Origin: Macrostomum lignano
Lineage: Eukaryota
DNA: 64,000 nt
Reading direction: 5' to 3'
Assembly: GCA_002269645.1 (NCBI GenBank)
Contig: NIVC01001833.1
Span: 1 to 64,000, forward strand
Below, one piece after another: positions 20,276-32,379 of the stretch. A program made the position numbers and the translations under genes. Under the pieces are notes generated by a model. It did no database searches. It saw only the letters and a program-made list of their open reading frames with translations, and was not told the DNA's origin. Position 1 is the stretch's first letter; every line of letters begins with the position of its first letter.

Positions 20276-20669
20276 GCAAAATTCTTGTGTTAGCAAAAAT
20301 TGGTTTTATAGTTTTATTTTAATCTCTCAGCGCAATCGTCATGCCTACTCTTAGTAGTTTGCTGGTTAAACTTCAAGTTTTTGGCAAAATTAGTTCTATT
20401 TATATTCATGATGATGGCTTTGTGACTTCAACTGTTTAAACAAAATCTTTCCAACTCTGCTTATTATTGTGATCTGTTTAATGTGGCCATATGTTCAGCA
20501 ATATTTTCTAAATTTTTACAAAGCTTAGATTCAATTTTGTAGATGTACATGTTGAACCAAAATTTTTCAGTTACTAATATGGATCCAAGTTTGATACAGA
20601 ACTTGTACTTGACAATCAGCTGTTAAATTTTTTTATAACTTTCGGTAGAACTGACAAATCCAAAAATCA

Positions 20670-21545
20670 GACACTGTCAGGAACAAATTCTGATTATCTG
20701 ACAGTCAGGAACAAATCCTGAGGATCTGACACTGTCAGAAACAAATCCTGATTATCTGACACTGTCAGGGACAAATCCTGAAGATCTGACACTGTCAGGG
20801 ACAAATCCTGAAGATCTGACACTGTCAGGGACAAATCCTGAAGATCTGACACTGTCAGGGACAAATTCTGATTATCTGACAGTCAGGAACAAATCCTGAG
20901 GATCTGACACTGTCAGGGACAAATCCTGAAGATCTGACACTGTCAGGGACAAATCCTAAAGATCTGACACTGTCAGGGACAAATCCTGATTATCTAACAC
21001 TGTCAGGGACAAATCCTGAAGATCTGACACTGTCAGGGACAAATCCTGATTATCTGACACTGTCAGGGACAAATCCTAATTATCTGACACTGTCAGGGAC
21101 AAATCCTGAAGATCTGACACCGTCAGGGACAAATCCTGATTATCTGACACTGTCAGGGACAAATCCTGATTATCTGACATTGTCAGGGACAAATCCTGAT
21201 TATCTGACACTGTCAGGGACAAATCCTGAAGATCTGACACTGTCAGGGACAAATCCTGTTTATCTGACACTGTCAGGGACAAATCCTGATTATCTGGCAT
21301 TGTCAGGGACAAATCCTGTTTATCTGACACTGTCAGGGACAAATCCTGAGGATCTGACACCGTCAGGGACAAATCCTGAGGATCTGACACTGTCAGGGAC
21401 AAATCCTGAGGATCTGACACTCTCAGGGACAAACCGTGAGGATCTGACACTGTCAGGGACAAATCCTGAGGATCTGACACTGTCAGGGACAAACCCTGAG
21501 GACCTGACACTGTACGGAACTAATCCTGAGGATCTGACACCGTGA
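20670..21545. repeat. 30-bp minisatellite (CTGACACTGTCAGGGACAAATCCTGAAGAT)
   Basis: Direct reading; the unit contains the CTGACA-C-TGTCAG palindrome. Confidence 0.92.
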
Positions 21546-22129
21546 AGTTTCCAATTTGATAAGAAATTAGCCTATGCCATGCAAAAAAACAATCCGCATC
21601 TCTAAACGCTTCACTTTTGTACAATACTACTTTAAGTAATTGTTCCAAAAGACAATCAAGCTATAACATCTCCCAAGCATTTTCATCTGTTAACACGGGC
21701 AGACATTGTTACAACCTCCCAAAATGTTTAAATTCTCTCTCTGACCTCAAAAACAACAAAACTTATTAAATGCCTCAAATTTATTGTCTTTTTAAACGTC
21801 TACTCGCCTTGCTGTGTTAATACAATCGCTTTTAGCTACTCAAAAAACCTCTACAGCCTACTCACTCAGTGCATTATAAGTAGTAGTAGCATTTTTATAT
21901 TGGCAATATTAAACCTAAAAAATAAATCCATTGTAAAATCTCATTCTATTCTAGGTTAATAGAACGCTAAATTGGCAAAGCGTTTTTAAAACAACATTGA
22001 CTAATTTATATTTATTTGTTTTTCTTTTAAAGCACATGATATACCGAGTGGCACAACTGATAGGCAATTATCATAGGCTTGTACAAGTAGCATTGTTTAT
22101 ACAAGTGCCGATTGGTCATACAGTTGAAT

Positions 22130-22590
22130 CGATCATACGCATACAATCATTCAATAAACATCAGTCATATAACTGGTCACACAGTCGGTAATTTAATAGG
22201 CTGTTATAGAACCCGTCATACAATCGGTCATTAAATAGGCATCGGTCAAAAACTGATCATACAATTGGTCATATAATAAACATCAGCCATATAACTGGTC
22301 ATACAATCTGTCATTTAATAAACATCAGTCATACAACTGGTCATACAATTGGTCATATAATAAACATCAGTCATATAACTGGTCATACAATCGGCCATTT
22401 AATAAACATCAGTCATACAACTGGTCATACAATCGGCCATTTAATAAACATCAGTCATACAACTGGTCATACAATCGGTCATTCAATAAACATCAGTCAT
22501 ATAACTGATCATACAATCGGTCATTCAATAAACATCAGTCATATAACTGATCATACAATCGGTCATTCAATAAGCATCACTCATAAAAAA
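22130..22590. repeat. 42-bp minisatellite
   Basis: GGTCATACAA recurs at a 42-nt period (22381, 22423). Confidence 0.85.
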
Positions 22591-22608
22591 CTGGTCATGA
22601 TGATTACA

Positions 22609-25600
22609 TCAACGGTTGCCGCTGCCGCTTGAACGCCGTCCAGCAGTCGCCGAAGCCGCGGCACCAGCCCCAGTGTACACATTATAGTACCTGGATCGGC
22701 CACCCCTAGCCGCAGAGCTGTGCTTTGGCATCGGGCCAACTGCCGAGCTGAACTTGCCAACTGGCGGTCGGTACACCGGCAGATCCACTGCTCGCCGTTT
22801 ACGCGACGTTGTCAACCCGGCGGCGTCAGAGGAATCCCGACCCGGACGCTTTGTCGGCGAATTCAACGACAGTTCGTCGCTGTCCGACGGTCGAATATTT
22901 GGAGCGGCGATTCTGCGGCGACTTTTCTGCTGGCCGCCCAGCAACCAGGAAGGCGTGAGGGATGCAGCCGCCGATGATTCAGACTGACCCGGAGGTCGGC
23001 TTAGCAACTTAGGCAGCAGTAGGTATTCGATTAGGCGACATATATTCGATGTAGTTGCTAGGGCGATTGAAATAGCTGACGAGTTTGTAGAATCGGTTGA
23101 CGGTTTTAACGACTGCTGATAGGACCGGCTGGCGCTAAAGTACATGTACATTAGAGAGTGAGAGTGTAGTACATTAATGTGCTGTATTATTTATTAGCTT
23201 TTGTAACAATGTAGGCTGGGTGACTATGTGATTCTACAGGAATATACGTATTTCTTGGATTTCAGGCATTTATGGTAATATGGGATTTCAGATATTTATG
23301 GGAATATGGGATTTCGGATATTTATGGGATTATGGGATTTCAGGTATTTATGGGATTATGGGATTTTAGATATTTATGGGATTATGGGATTTCAGATATT
23401 TATGGGATTATGGGATTTCAGATATTTATGGGATTATGGGATTTCAGGTATTTATGGGATTATGGGATTTCAGATATTTATGGGATTATGGGATTTCAGA
23501 TATTTATGGGATTATGGGATTTCAGGTATTTATGGGAATAAGGGATTTCAGGTTTTTATGGGAATATGGGATTTCAAGCATTTATGGGAATATGGGATTT
23601 CAGGTATTTATGGGATTATGGGATTTCAGGCATTTATGGGAATATGGGATTTCAGGTATTTATGGGAATATGGGATTTCAAGCATTTATGGGAATATGGG
23701 ATTTCAAGCATTTATGGGAATATGGGATTTCAGGTATTTATGGGATTATGGGATTTCAGGCATTTATGGGAATATGGGATTTCAGATATTTATGGGATTA
23801 TGGGATTTCAGGTATTTATGGGAATAAGGGATTTCAGGTTTTTATGGGAATATGGGATTTCAAGCATTTATGGGAATATGGGATTTCAGGTATTTATGGG
23901 ATTATGGGATTTTAGGCATTTATGGGAATATGGGATTTCAGGTATTTATGGGAATATGGGATTTCAAGCATTTATGGGAATATGGGATTTCAAGCATTTA
24001 TGGGATTATGGGATTTCAGGCATTTATGGGAATATGGGATTTCAGGTATTTATGGGAATATGGGATTTCAAGCATTTATGGGAATATGGGATTTCAGGTA
24101 TTTATGGGATTATGGGATTTCAGATATTTATGGGATTATGGGATTTCATGTATTTATGGGAATATGGGATTTCAGGTTTTTATGGGATTATGGGATTTCA
24201 AGCATTTATGGGAATATGGGATTTCAGGTATTTATGGGAATATGGGATTTCAAGCATTTATGGGAATATGGGATTTCAGGTATTTATGGGATTATGGGAT
24301 TTCAGGTATTTATGGGATTATGGGAGTTCAGGCATTTATGGGAATATGGGATTTCAGGCATTTATGGGAATATGGGATTTCAGGTATTTATGGGATTATG
24401 GGATTTCAGGCATTTATGGGAATATGGGATTTCATGTATTTATTGGATTATGAGATTTAAGGCATTTAGTGGTATTGTGGGATTTTTATTGTTTCATAAG
24501 GAATAACGGGATTTAGGATATCTATGGGATTGTGGGATTTCGGATATTATTATAGGATCATGGGATTTCATAGCATTATGAGACATCAGATAATTATATG
24601 ACCAGTGCAGATGGAAATCTGGAGTAACTCTTTATTTTGCGCATACTTAATTACCTCTGACAATGTTTTAAACGATTCTGCAGAGCATCAAAAGCGCCGG
24701 CGTTAGTACCAAAGTAGTCTTGCCTGGCCTGAGTCAGTCTATGCACAGCAAACAGTAGGCTTTCGATATGGGAAAAATTGTATTCGGTTGCTGATTTAGA
24801 AGAGCCATCCTCATGATGCGGCAGCTCAGAATCCAACTGGTTAAGAAGGCAGGATAGCTGCTGGTCTGTTGCTTTGAAGTCCGGACCTGAAAAATTCGTT
24901 ATAAACAAAATTACAAAGGATTTTACTGAGGTTCACAGCTACGATAGCTGTAATTAATATCACTTGACAACCGTTGCTACGGTAATCATAAACAAATCTT
25001 TTATTTTAAAAAGCGTTCCTAGGGTAAATCATAAATCTTGGCATTTACTTGGCAACCGTTGCTAGGGTAAATAAAAATCTTGGTGTTAACTTGGCAACCG
25101 TTGCTAGGGCAAACATAAATCTTGGAAATAACTTGGTAACCGTTGCTAGGGTAAATAAAAATCTGGGCACTAACTTGGCAACCGTTGTTAGGGCAATCAT
25201 AAACCTTAACAGTAGCTTAGTAACCGTTGCTAGGGTAAATAAAAGTTTGGGCATTACCTTGGCAACTGCTGTTAGTGCAAGGCTAATCTTTATTCCTTAG
25301 CAACGAGGCTATAAAAGAACTGTTTGTCATTAAAAAGCGACTTACTGACATGAGAGCTCAGCTCAGCTAACTGCTGCATCAACTCCAATCTTGGCCGATC
25401 TCCATCAGCCAGCTCGGACACCTGGCTGAGCTGCGGCAGCACCTTGTCGAGATAGTATGTCACGAACTTGTCCGAGATGATGCTTTTCTGCGAAATGCGC
25501 GTTGGAGTTGAAAGCTTGATTTAGGGACCTTGATGGGGCAGACACCATTAATGAATAAGGTCATGACCTTGACCCACAAACAATGAACCTCACTCCATTA

Positions 25601-28600
25601 ATGAATAAGGTCATGACCTTGACCCACAACCAATGAACCTGGCACCATTAATTAATGAATAAGGTCATGACCTCGACCCACAACCAATGACCCTGACACC
25701 ATTAGTGAATTAATGAATAAGGTCATGACCGTGACCCACAACCAATGACCCTGACACCATTAGTGAATTAATGAATAAGGTCATGACCGTGACCCACAAC
25801 CAATGACCCTGACACCATTAGTGAATTAATAAATAAGGTCATGACCTTGACTTACAACCAATGACCCTGACACCATTAGTGAATTAATGAATAAGGTCAT
25901 GACCTTGACTTACAACCAATGACCCTGACACCATTAGTGAATTAATAAATAAGGTCATGACCTTGACTTACAACCAATGACCCTGACACCATTAGTGAAT
26001 TAATGAATAAGGTCATGACCTTGACCCACAACCAATGACCCTGACTATTATTACAAGCCAATATTCAAAACCCCGATGCGTAAAACTGGACAGCATGACT
26101 CACCGACAGAAACGGCAATGCCTGTCTAGCGCAGCCTCTCACTCGACCAACGCAGGCCAAGTCCTGGGGCTCGAACTCGGCACTGTCAGTTGGATCAATA
26201 GCATCAATAGCCTGAGCACAGATTGCGTCAACAAGCCGCTGCCTACCGCTAACAGTTTGCATGCACTGTAGAGAGGCGAGAACTTTAATAAAACAAGTGA
26301 ACTCGGTTTCTGTAACATCCTCAAGAGCTGTGGTGACTTGTTCAACAATTACTTCTTCAACTTCGGGCGTCATCTGGCATCGATCGATGCAGAGGATCCG
26401 GTCGGAGAGGAAGCGAATGCAGCGACGGCGAGCGGCCTCGGCAGGTCAGGGTGGCTCAGCTGAGAGAAGATGGCGCGTATTGATGCTTGAGCAGCTGAGC
26501 TGAGCACAGATAACAGGGACTGTTCGACTAGAGACAGCTCCTGGTGATGGAGGCGAGAAGGCTAGATGAGCCAAATGCATACGAGTACATTGATTCTGTT
26601 GAACCTTTAGAATGGGATTAAAGTCCCTTGGATGGGATTCAAATGTCTGTGGTGAGATTTAAATCCCTGGAATGGGATTAAAATCTCTAGGATGCGATTA
26701 ATATCCTTAGGATGGGATTGGATTAAAAATCCCTGTTATAGGATTAAAGTCTCGTCAAAATGGGATTTTCGATGGGATTATTCCAAATTATTATATAGAA
26801 GGAATAAAATGTTAGTAATGAAAGTGCATTGTCAAGCAAAAAAAACATGACATACCTTGTCATCATCAGTTTGCATTAGCTGCACAAGTACATCGGACAC
26901 TTTAGTAGCATATTCGTTGATTCGATTTGAATCCTTATTCGACCTACTACTAGTGTTAGTAGTAGAAGTAGCACTAGAGCTCAAGCAGAGGCGAGGCAGG
27001 CCACTGATGACTTGCCTTCGGGTTTGAGAGTCATCGTCTTCAACCAGATCAATTAGGGCATTGAAGGCGGCTTTCTGATGCGAGTCAGAGATGTTTAGCC
27101 CAGGTAATAGACGACAGATAAGCTGGGCTGACAAGCGCTTGATGTGCGGTTCGGCACTGGCAGTGGCATACTCGGATAGTATTTTGTCGAATACTGAATC
27201 ATTCTAGTGTGCGAGGTGAGAGTATGCTATTTAAATCTAGTAATCTAGCAACTCTGGCAACTTCATTTTCCCCGTGCCAGTTGCCAATTTAAAAAAAATG
27301 ATGTTGTAAGAAGTGCAAAAAAGAGCCATATGAATTGATATGATGGGATCATTAGTTTATTATTGTTTGCAGCATAGATAACAATCATAGAGTTAAGAGA
27401 AAAAATTTATGCTTTTCAAACATAGCCTTGGAAATATCCATCCTCAAGAATTCGGCTAGTTGCCAATGCAATGGGCAACCAAAACTAGCCATTGGCAACT
27501 GGATTTTGAGCCCCATGGGCCAACTGGCAACTGGATTTCCTTTCCAAACTTAAAAGAAACCCAGTCTATTATGCTTCTTTACTTTGATTCTACATTTGGT
27601 TTTGAATTGTTGATGTAATTTTGGAGAATTCACCGGATGGGTGAATTTTTGAGGTTAGGCATGTATGTTTACTCCATCCCAATGGTTAGTACAATCTATG
27701 GTCCCACTTATAGTTCCTGAGGAGAAGACTAAAGTTTCACTATGTCTACTTACTACTAACTAGATCATTCAATAAACTAGAGCCAATTGGCAATATTTAC
27801 TTATTTTAACTTGAAGCTAATATTTAATTTTTAAATTCAATGACAATTTTGCTATGGCATATAATGGTATATGATCCCTATAGTCCAGATCATGCTAGAT
27901 GCACGCCTGAACAAAAATTGAATAATTACAAATGCACACTGAGAAAAAACTGAGTACACGCCCATTCTCAAAACTATGCCAGCATTGCAATAATAAATTA
28001 CTTTTTCATGTTGTGACAATAAATTACCTTTTTTGAATTGTGTAATAGACCCTTTTTGGCAGTAAATTTGATAGCTTTTTATGCCTTTTTGGCAATACTA
28101 TTTATAGCTCTTTTGTGTATATCTTGGTTTTCTTGAAAACCTTCTCGTTTACATTCTATAGACCGTTGAAGTCAATACTGTTTTCCATTTGTTTCAAAAT
28201 TTTCCCGCCTTGCGCGGAGCTGACTGGACTCCCTAATATTATATTATTCTCACTTGTTACCAAAGTGGCTATTACTGAAATGGCTGTTACCGAAGTGGAC
28301 TGTTATCCTACCATGACATGATCCTGACTATGGACGCTATATGAACTCTTGCAGGTACATTTCAAACAAATTATTGCTAGTTCCATGCATAGCTTGAAAC
28401 TTGGCTTTGCAGTTGCCTCACATTCCCTCTATAGTATTTGTGTGAGCCACTGGGTTGTTGGGGTCCTAAAAATGCAGCAAATAAATCCCTCAAAAAGGGG
28501 TTTTAATAATTTAGAGTGGGAAACTGAACAATTGCCCATCCAATAAGATAAATTTAGATAAATTTTCCAAAGATAGTTAAGTTAAAATTTTGTTTTTATT

Positions 28601-28828
28601 ACTTTTTTATTACTAATATTAGATGATTAGACCTATGACTGATGGTTATGATTATGACTTTATAATTATTAAGTCATGAACTTACTAATCCTAAAGTAAA
28701 AAGTAACTCACCTCAGATGATTTGTCAATCGACTGATTCTCCTTAATTCTGTTAAACAGTGCATATAGTTGGTCAATTGGGTCACTGGGGCTAGTACTAA
28801 TGCTATTCCCATTGTCATTAACTTCCAT
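22609..28828 (-). CDS. API5: apoptosis inhibitor 5, 6 exons, ~600 aa, with one 1-bp deletion in exon 3
   Basis: Exons 28712-28828, 26856-27203, 26104-26540, 25346-25487, 24655-24886 and 22609-23134. Motifs: IDQLYALF, LIDLVEDDDSQTRRQVISGLP, DVLVQLMQTDD, LEDVTETEF...QTVSGRQRLV, NFSHIESLLF and ALATTSNI. Confidence 0.92.
23270..24470. repeat. 26-bp minisatellite (ATTTATGGGATTATGGGATTTCAGGT) in the last API5 intron
   Basis: Direct reading; explains the overlapping MGFQ/WDF ORFs. Confidence 0.92.
24960..25290. repeat. 42-bp minisatellite with GCAAC-C-GTTGC palindrome
   Basis: Direct reading; intronic in API5. Confidence 0.8.
25545..26040. repeat. 58-bp minisatellite with AAGGTCATGACCTT palindrome
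   Basis: ACCAATGA recurs at 25683 and 25741; intronic in API5. Confidence 0.9.
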
Positions 28829-29095
28829 GACTAGGCTTAACATTAACACTGGTCACTGGGCCTACACAACTAAAACAAATATTAAAAAATTGATTGGTTT
28901 GTTGGTATCAAAATCGAAAATTACAAGCAACAACCAAGTCTCGCCTCGCTGCAATCAAACAAACACTGCAATGCAATGCTGAATCTGGTATATAAATTTG
29001 CTATTTCGATTTCGGCGATTTGAAATTCTGCTAAGGTTCAAAAAATTAAATTAAATATGGATCGGGAAACAAACTAAGTGTGCATGTGCATCAAT

Positions 29096-29543
29096 CAGTT
29101 GGCGTACACAGGATTTTGAAAAGGGAGGGGATAACTTTTAGAGAAAAAATGGCAGACTTATAGAATATTATTTTTTCTGCAATTTTTTGCTCAGACTTTG
29201 CGTTTAGAAAGTACCAAAACCATGTTTATTTGGCTAAAAAAACTTTACTTTGTTAAAATTAGATAAAGCCGGCAAAGTCTGTCCTTCCTGTCTGCTGCAT
29301 TTTAGGAACTAGGGCTTTACACGGAAATATAGTTTAAAACATTTTAATATTAATTTGCGGGTGATATAGATCAGTTTTTGGCAATTTTGCTAAGTCTAAG
29401 CCGCTTTATTTTGCATTTTTTTCAAAATGCGAAAACCTAATTATCGTTTTCTATACATCATCAAAATGGGGGATATATCCAAGGACCACTGTACAGTGGG
29501 CCTTGGATATATCTCCGTATCCCCCCCCCTAGGTACGCCACTG
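29096..29543. mobile_element. possible hAT-type MITE (CAGTGGCGTAC-like TIRs)
   Basis: CAGTTGGCGTAC on the left and GTACGCCACTG on the right; no TSD found. Confidence 0.4.
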
Positions 29544-29769
29544 GTTTGTATATTACGAAAAAATAGTTGCATGATGAATTTTTTTAATATAGTTACATTT
29601 AATACGGTTTAAAATTCATTGAAGATTTAAAAATATTTAATCATAAATAGTGTTTTCTGTTTTAATTTTATTAATGTTAGGCGCAAGTTTAATATTTTGA
29701 TTTCGTAGAACTCTTACGGAGCAAACGATATCGGTTAGTCATCTGAGGTGTCTATCCGACCATCACATA

Positions 29770-30741
29770 AGGGGTCCCAATCCCGGGATCCCGGCTTTTT
29801 GTTAATGTTCTGGATCCCGGGATTAGGGGTCCGGGATCCCGGTAAACACGGGATTGGAATTTACACTTTGCAGAAGTGAATATGTTTCGTCTTGCAGTTA
29901 GCACTTAACAGTTTTGAGAGAATTTTTGCATCCTGAGAATGAAGTTATAGAATGAAGGACAGTAGGACTATCAATCAACTGTATCAAGCACTAGGCTACT
30001 ACACCTTTTCACGTTCAATTTTGAACAAAGTCCAGTTCTAAAAAAACTAGCAGAAATTCAATTCAGACAATTCAGACTGGGGACAATTTTGTCTATGGCT
30101 AAAACTTGCTTCGGTTGCATAATGTTTTGAACTGGGGTTTGTTGCCCCAGTTTGAATTGTCTGAATTGAGTTTCCGCTAGTTTTTTTAGAACTGGACTTT
30201 GTTCAAAATTGAATGTGAAAAGGTGTAGTCACTAGACTAAGGGGTCTGACTCTAGTCTAGACTCTAACTGTCTAAGTGGCGATGGCCTGGACACTGGGCC
30301 CACTGGCCCGGGCCCCACCACAGTGCGCAGGCGCAGCTAAGGAAGGGAAAGGGATAAATGGGGGTGGGGTGCGGACTGGGTTCTGAGTCTGAGTCTCTGT
30401 GTGTGTGTGAGGTGGTCTGTGTTGGGGGCAGAGAGAGGCACCAGTGCAGCATATACGGTCCTAATCCGAGGGGAGAGGGTGTAGTTTAGTATGTATGTAC
30501 AACTAACAACTACATGTAACTTCAACTATTTTATCAATGCAGTTCTACTTGTATAAGCTAGAAATAGAAAGTAGAAACCCAAATGATGCTCAAATTAGTT
30601 GGGAAATTGTTTTGTGGACAATCGGAAAGCTTCTCGTAAATTTGTTTGTTCAATCATGGGATTGGCCCGGGATCCCGGGATTGGGTCAATTTTTTGTCTG
30701 GGATCCTGGGATTGTAAAATGTCCAGGATTTGGGACCCCTA
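29770..30741. mobile_element. hAT-type non-autonomous element with 8-bp TSD
   Basis: Ends AGGGGTCCCAA...TTGGGACCCCTA, with subterminal CCGGGATCCCGG repeats. The direct repeat ATCACATA lies at 29762-29769 and 30742-30749. Confidence 0.8.
30002..30225. mobile_element. TA-flanked hairpin MITE nested in the hAT element
   Basis: ~85-bp near-perfect TIRs starting CACCTTTTCAC / ending GTGAAAAGGTG, with TA on both sides. Confidence 0.8.
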
Positions 30742-31173
30742 ATCACATAGTATCACTTATCCCGATGGTGTAAGACCAAGATGGCCACACACCAAGATGG
30801 CCACAGCTGGGGTGGGGGTCACGGAAAATGACAGCTGGTTTTCTATTGGATAGCTTCGGGTGGGGAGATGTGGGGTTGCAATGGGGGGTTTAGACAGGCA
30901 GTCAAAATTTTATTAGTTTATTGCAGGGCTAAAGACAAAAATGGTTACGAGTCTTAATTTCCTACTTATAGTAGGCCCCTAAGAGGTGTAAACATATTTC
31001 GTATTAAACAAATCTCTTCTTCATATAAAATCTGGTGTAGCTTTTTCCAGTTTCTCTTATTGGTCGAGACTAATTTACTTGTTTAAAGGGATAAAAACTG
31101 GGTAAATTTCATGCCCTGTTCAAAATTCATCTGTCTCATTCACTGACAGCAGTCTAAGCACTTTAGATACAAA

Positions 31174-31842
31174 ATGGCAGGCGCATATCCATGTGTGGTC
31201 TGTCTGCAGCCAGTTTGCGATGGACAAGAAGCAATTGAGTGTTCTCAATGCTTGAATTGGCAGCACCGTGCATGTGATAGTCGCGTCACAATCAATCAGT
31301 ATTCTGCAATGAGAAATGTCGGTGAGTTTTTCTGGCTTTGCAATCAATGCAATAGACAGGCTCCTGCAGGTAACTTAGCAGTGTCTCAAGCTGCAGATGC
31401 TGCAGTGGTACATGTACAAGCCCCGAATTCTGGACCAGCGGCTGTTCCTCTACCTGCTGAAAATCCAGAACCAGTGCATTTGATTCTGGCACAAGCAGAA
31501 AATTTTCTTTACCAGTATCCAGATTTCAATGACCCTGATCCAGCTCTGGAAGAATCCATTCAAATTCCTCCAGCAGAGCTTGCACCGCCCCGCAGCCCAC
31601 CTCCCCAGCCCTTTGAGATTCTTACAGGTGCAGGATGCAGTCACGGAAAAGACCTTCTAGTGCAGTATGCCCAACGAGACCTTGGCCATCTGATGGATGA
31701 AAAAACGCGGCGAAATGGCAACACGTACTATCGCTGCACTAAGCGTTTATCACTGCACTGTCATGGCTCCGCAGTCCGCCGTGCTGATGGAACCATAGAA
31801 CTACATATCGCGCCGTTAGAGCAGGGTTTTCAGATGTTTTGA
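31174..31842 (+). pseudogene. PHD finger plus truncated FLYWCH/WRKY-like domain; probable N-terminus of a MULE transposase
   Basis: Complete C4HC3 pattern CVVC...CSQC....H..C...WLCNQC, then GKDLLV...TYYRCTKR...C; the ORF ends before the expected HxH. Confidence 0.65.
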
Positions 31843-32379
31843 CGCAAAAAACGCAAATTATACTACTATCTGAAAATGAAGTAAGTAGTATACAAAAACG
31901 CTATCCTAAGCGTGATGTGGCAATATGTAGTCGTAATAATCCATGTGCTCATATATGTACATTAATACCATGTACATTAATCCATATCTCAAATGTCCAT
32001 GTCTATCCCCAATTCTATATGTACGCAGTATGTGCATTAATCTACATGAACAGTGTCATCCCCAGACGGCCCGCGCGCGCGCACCAAAATTACAACTCGA
32101 AACCCTACTACATGTACAGTACATGTAAAATGCGCAGAGGTTAGAATTAGCGCTGTACAATCCCATCTAAATGAGCCAACACCCAAGTTTTACAAAACGC
32201 GTCACATATGCATATTTATATGTCAATTACTCAAAACCAAATGTAACTGATTACGCTATACTACCATTAGTAGAGTTTACAAGTCTAGATTCCTATTAAA
32301 AAAGATTACATTGGAATAGTGGAGATCATTTTTTTGATCAAATACATGTACAGACACAAGTCTGATACAAACAGAAGAG

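Noticed and set aside
23272-24506. Long overlapping ORFs (MGFQ/WDF repeats) and similar ORFs at 15175-15770, 21076-21545, 32402-34738, 50831-51591 tails, 54708-55188, 57159-58168, 59915-61059 and 62988-63768
   Set aside because: These are translations of tandem or low-complexity repeats, most in introns of identified genes.
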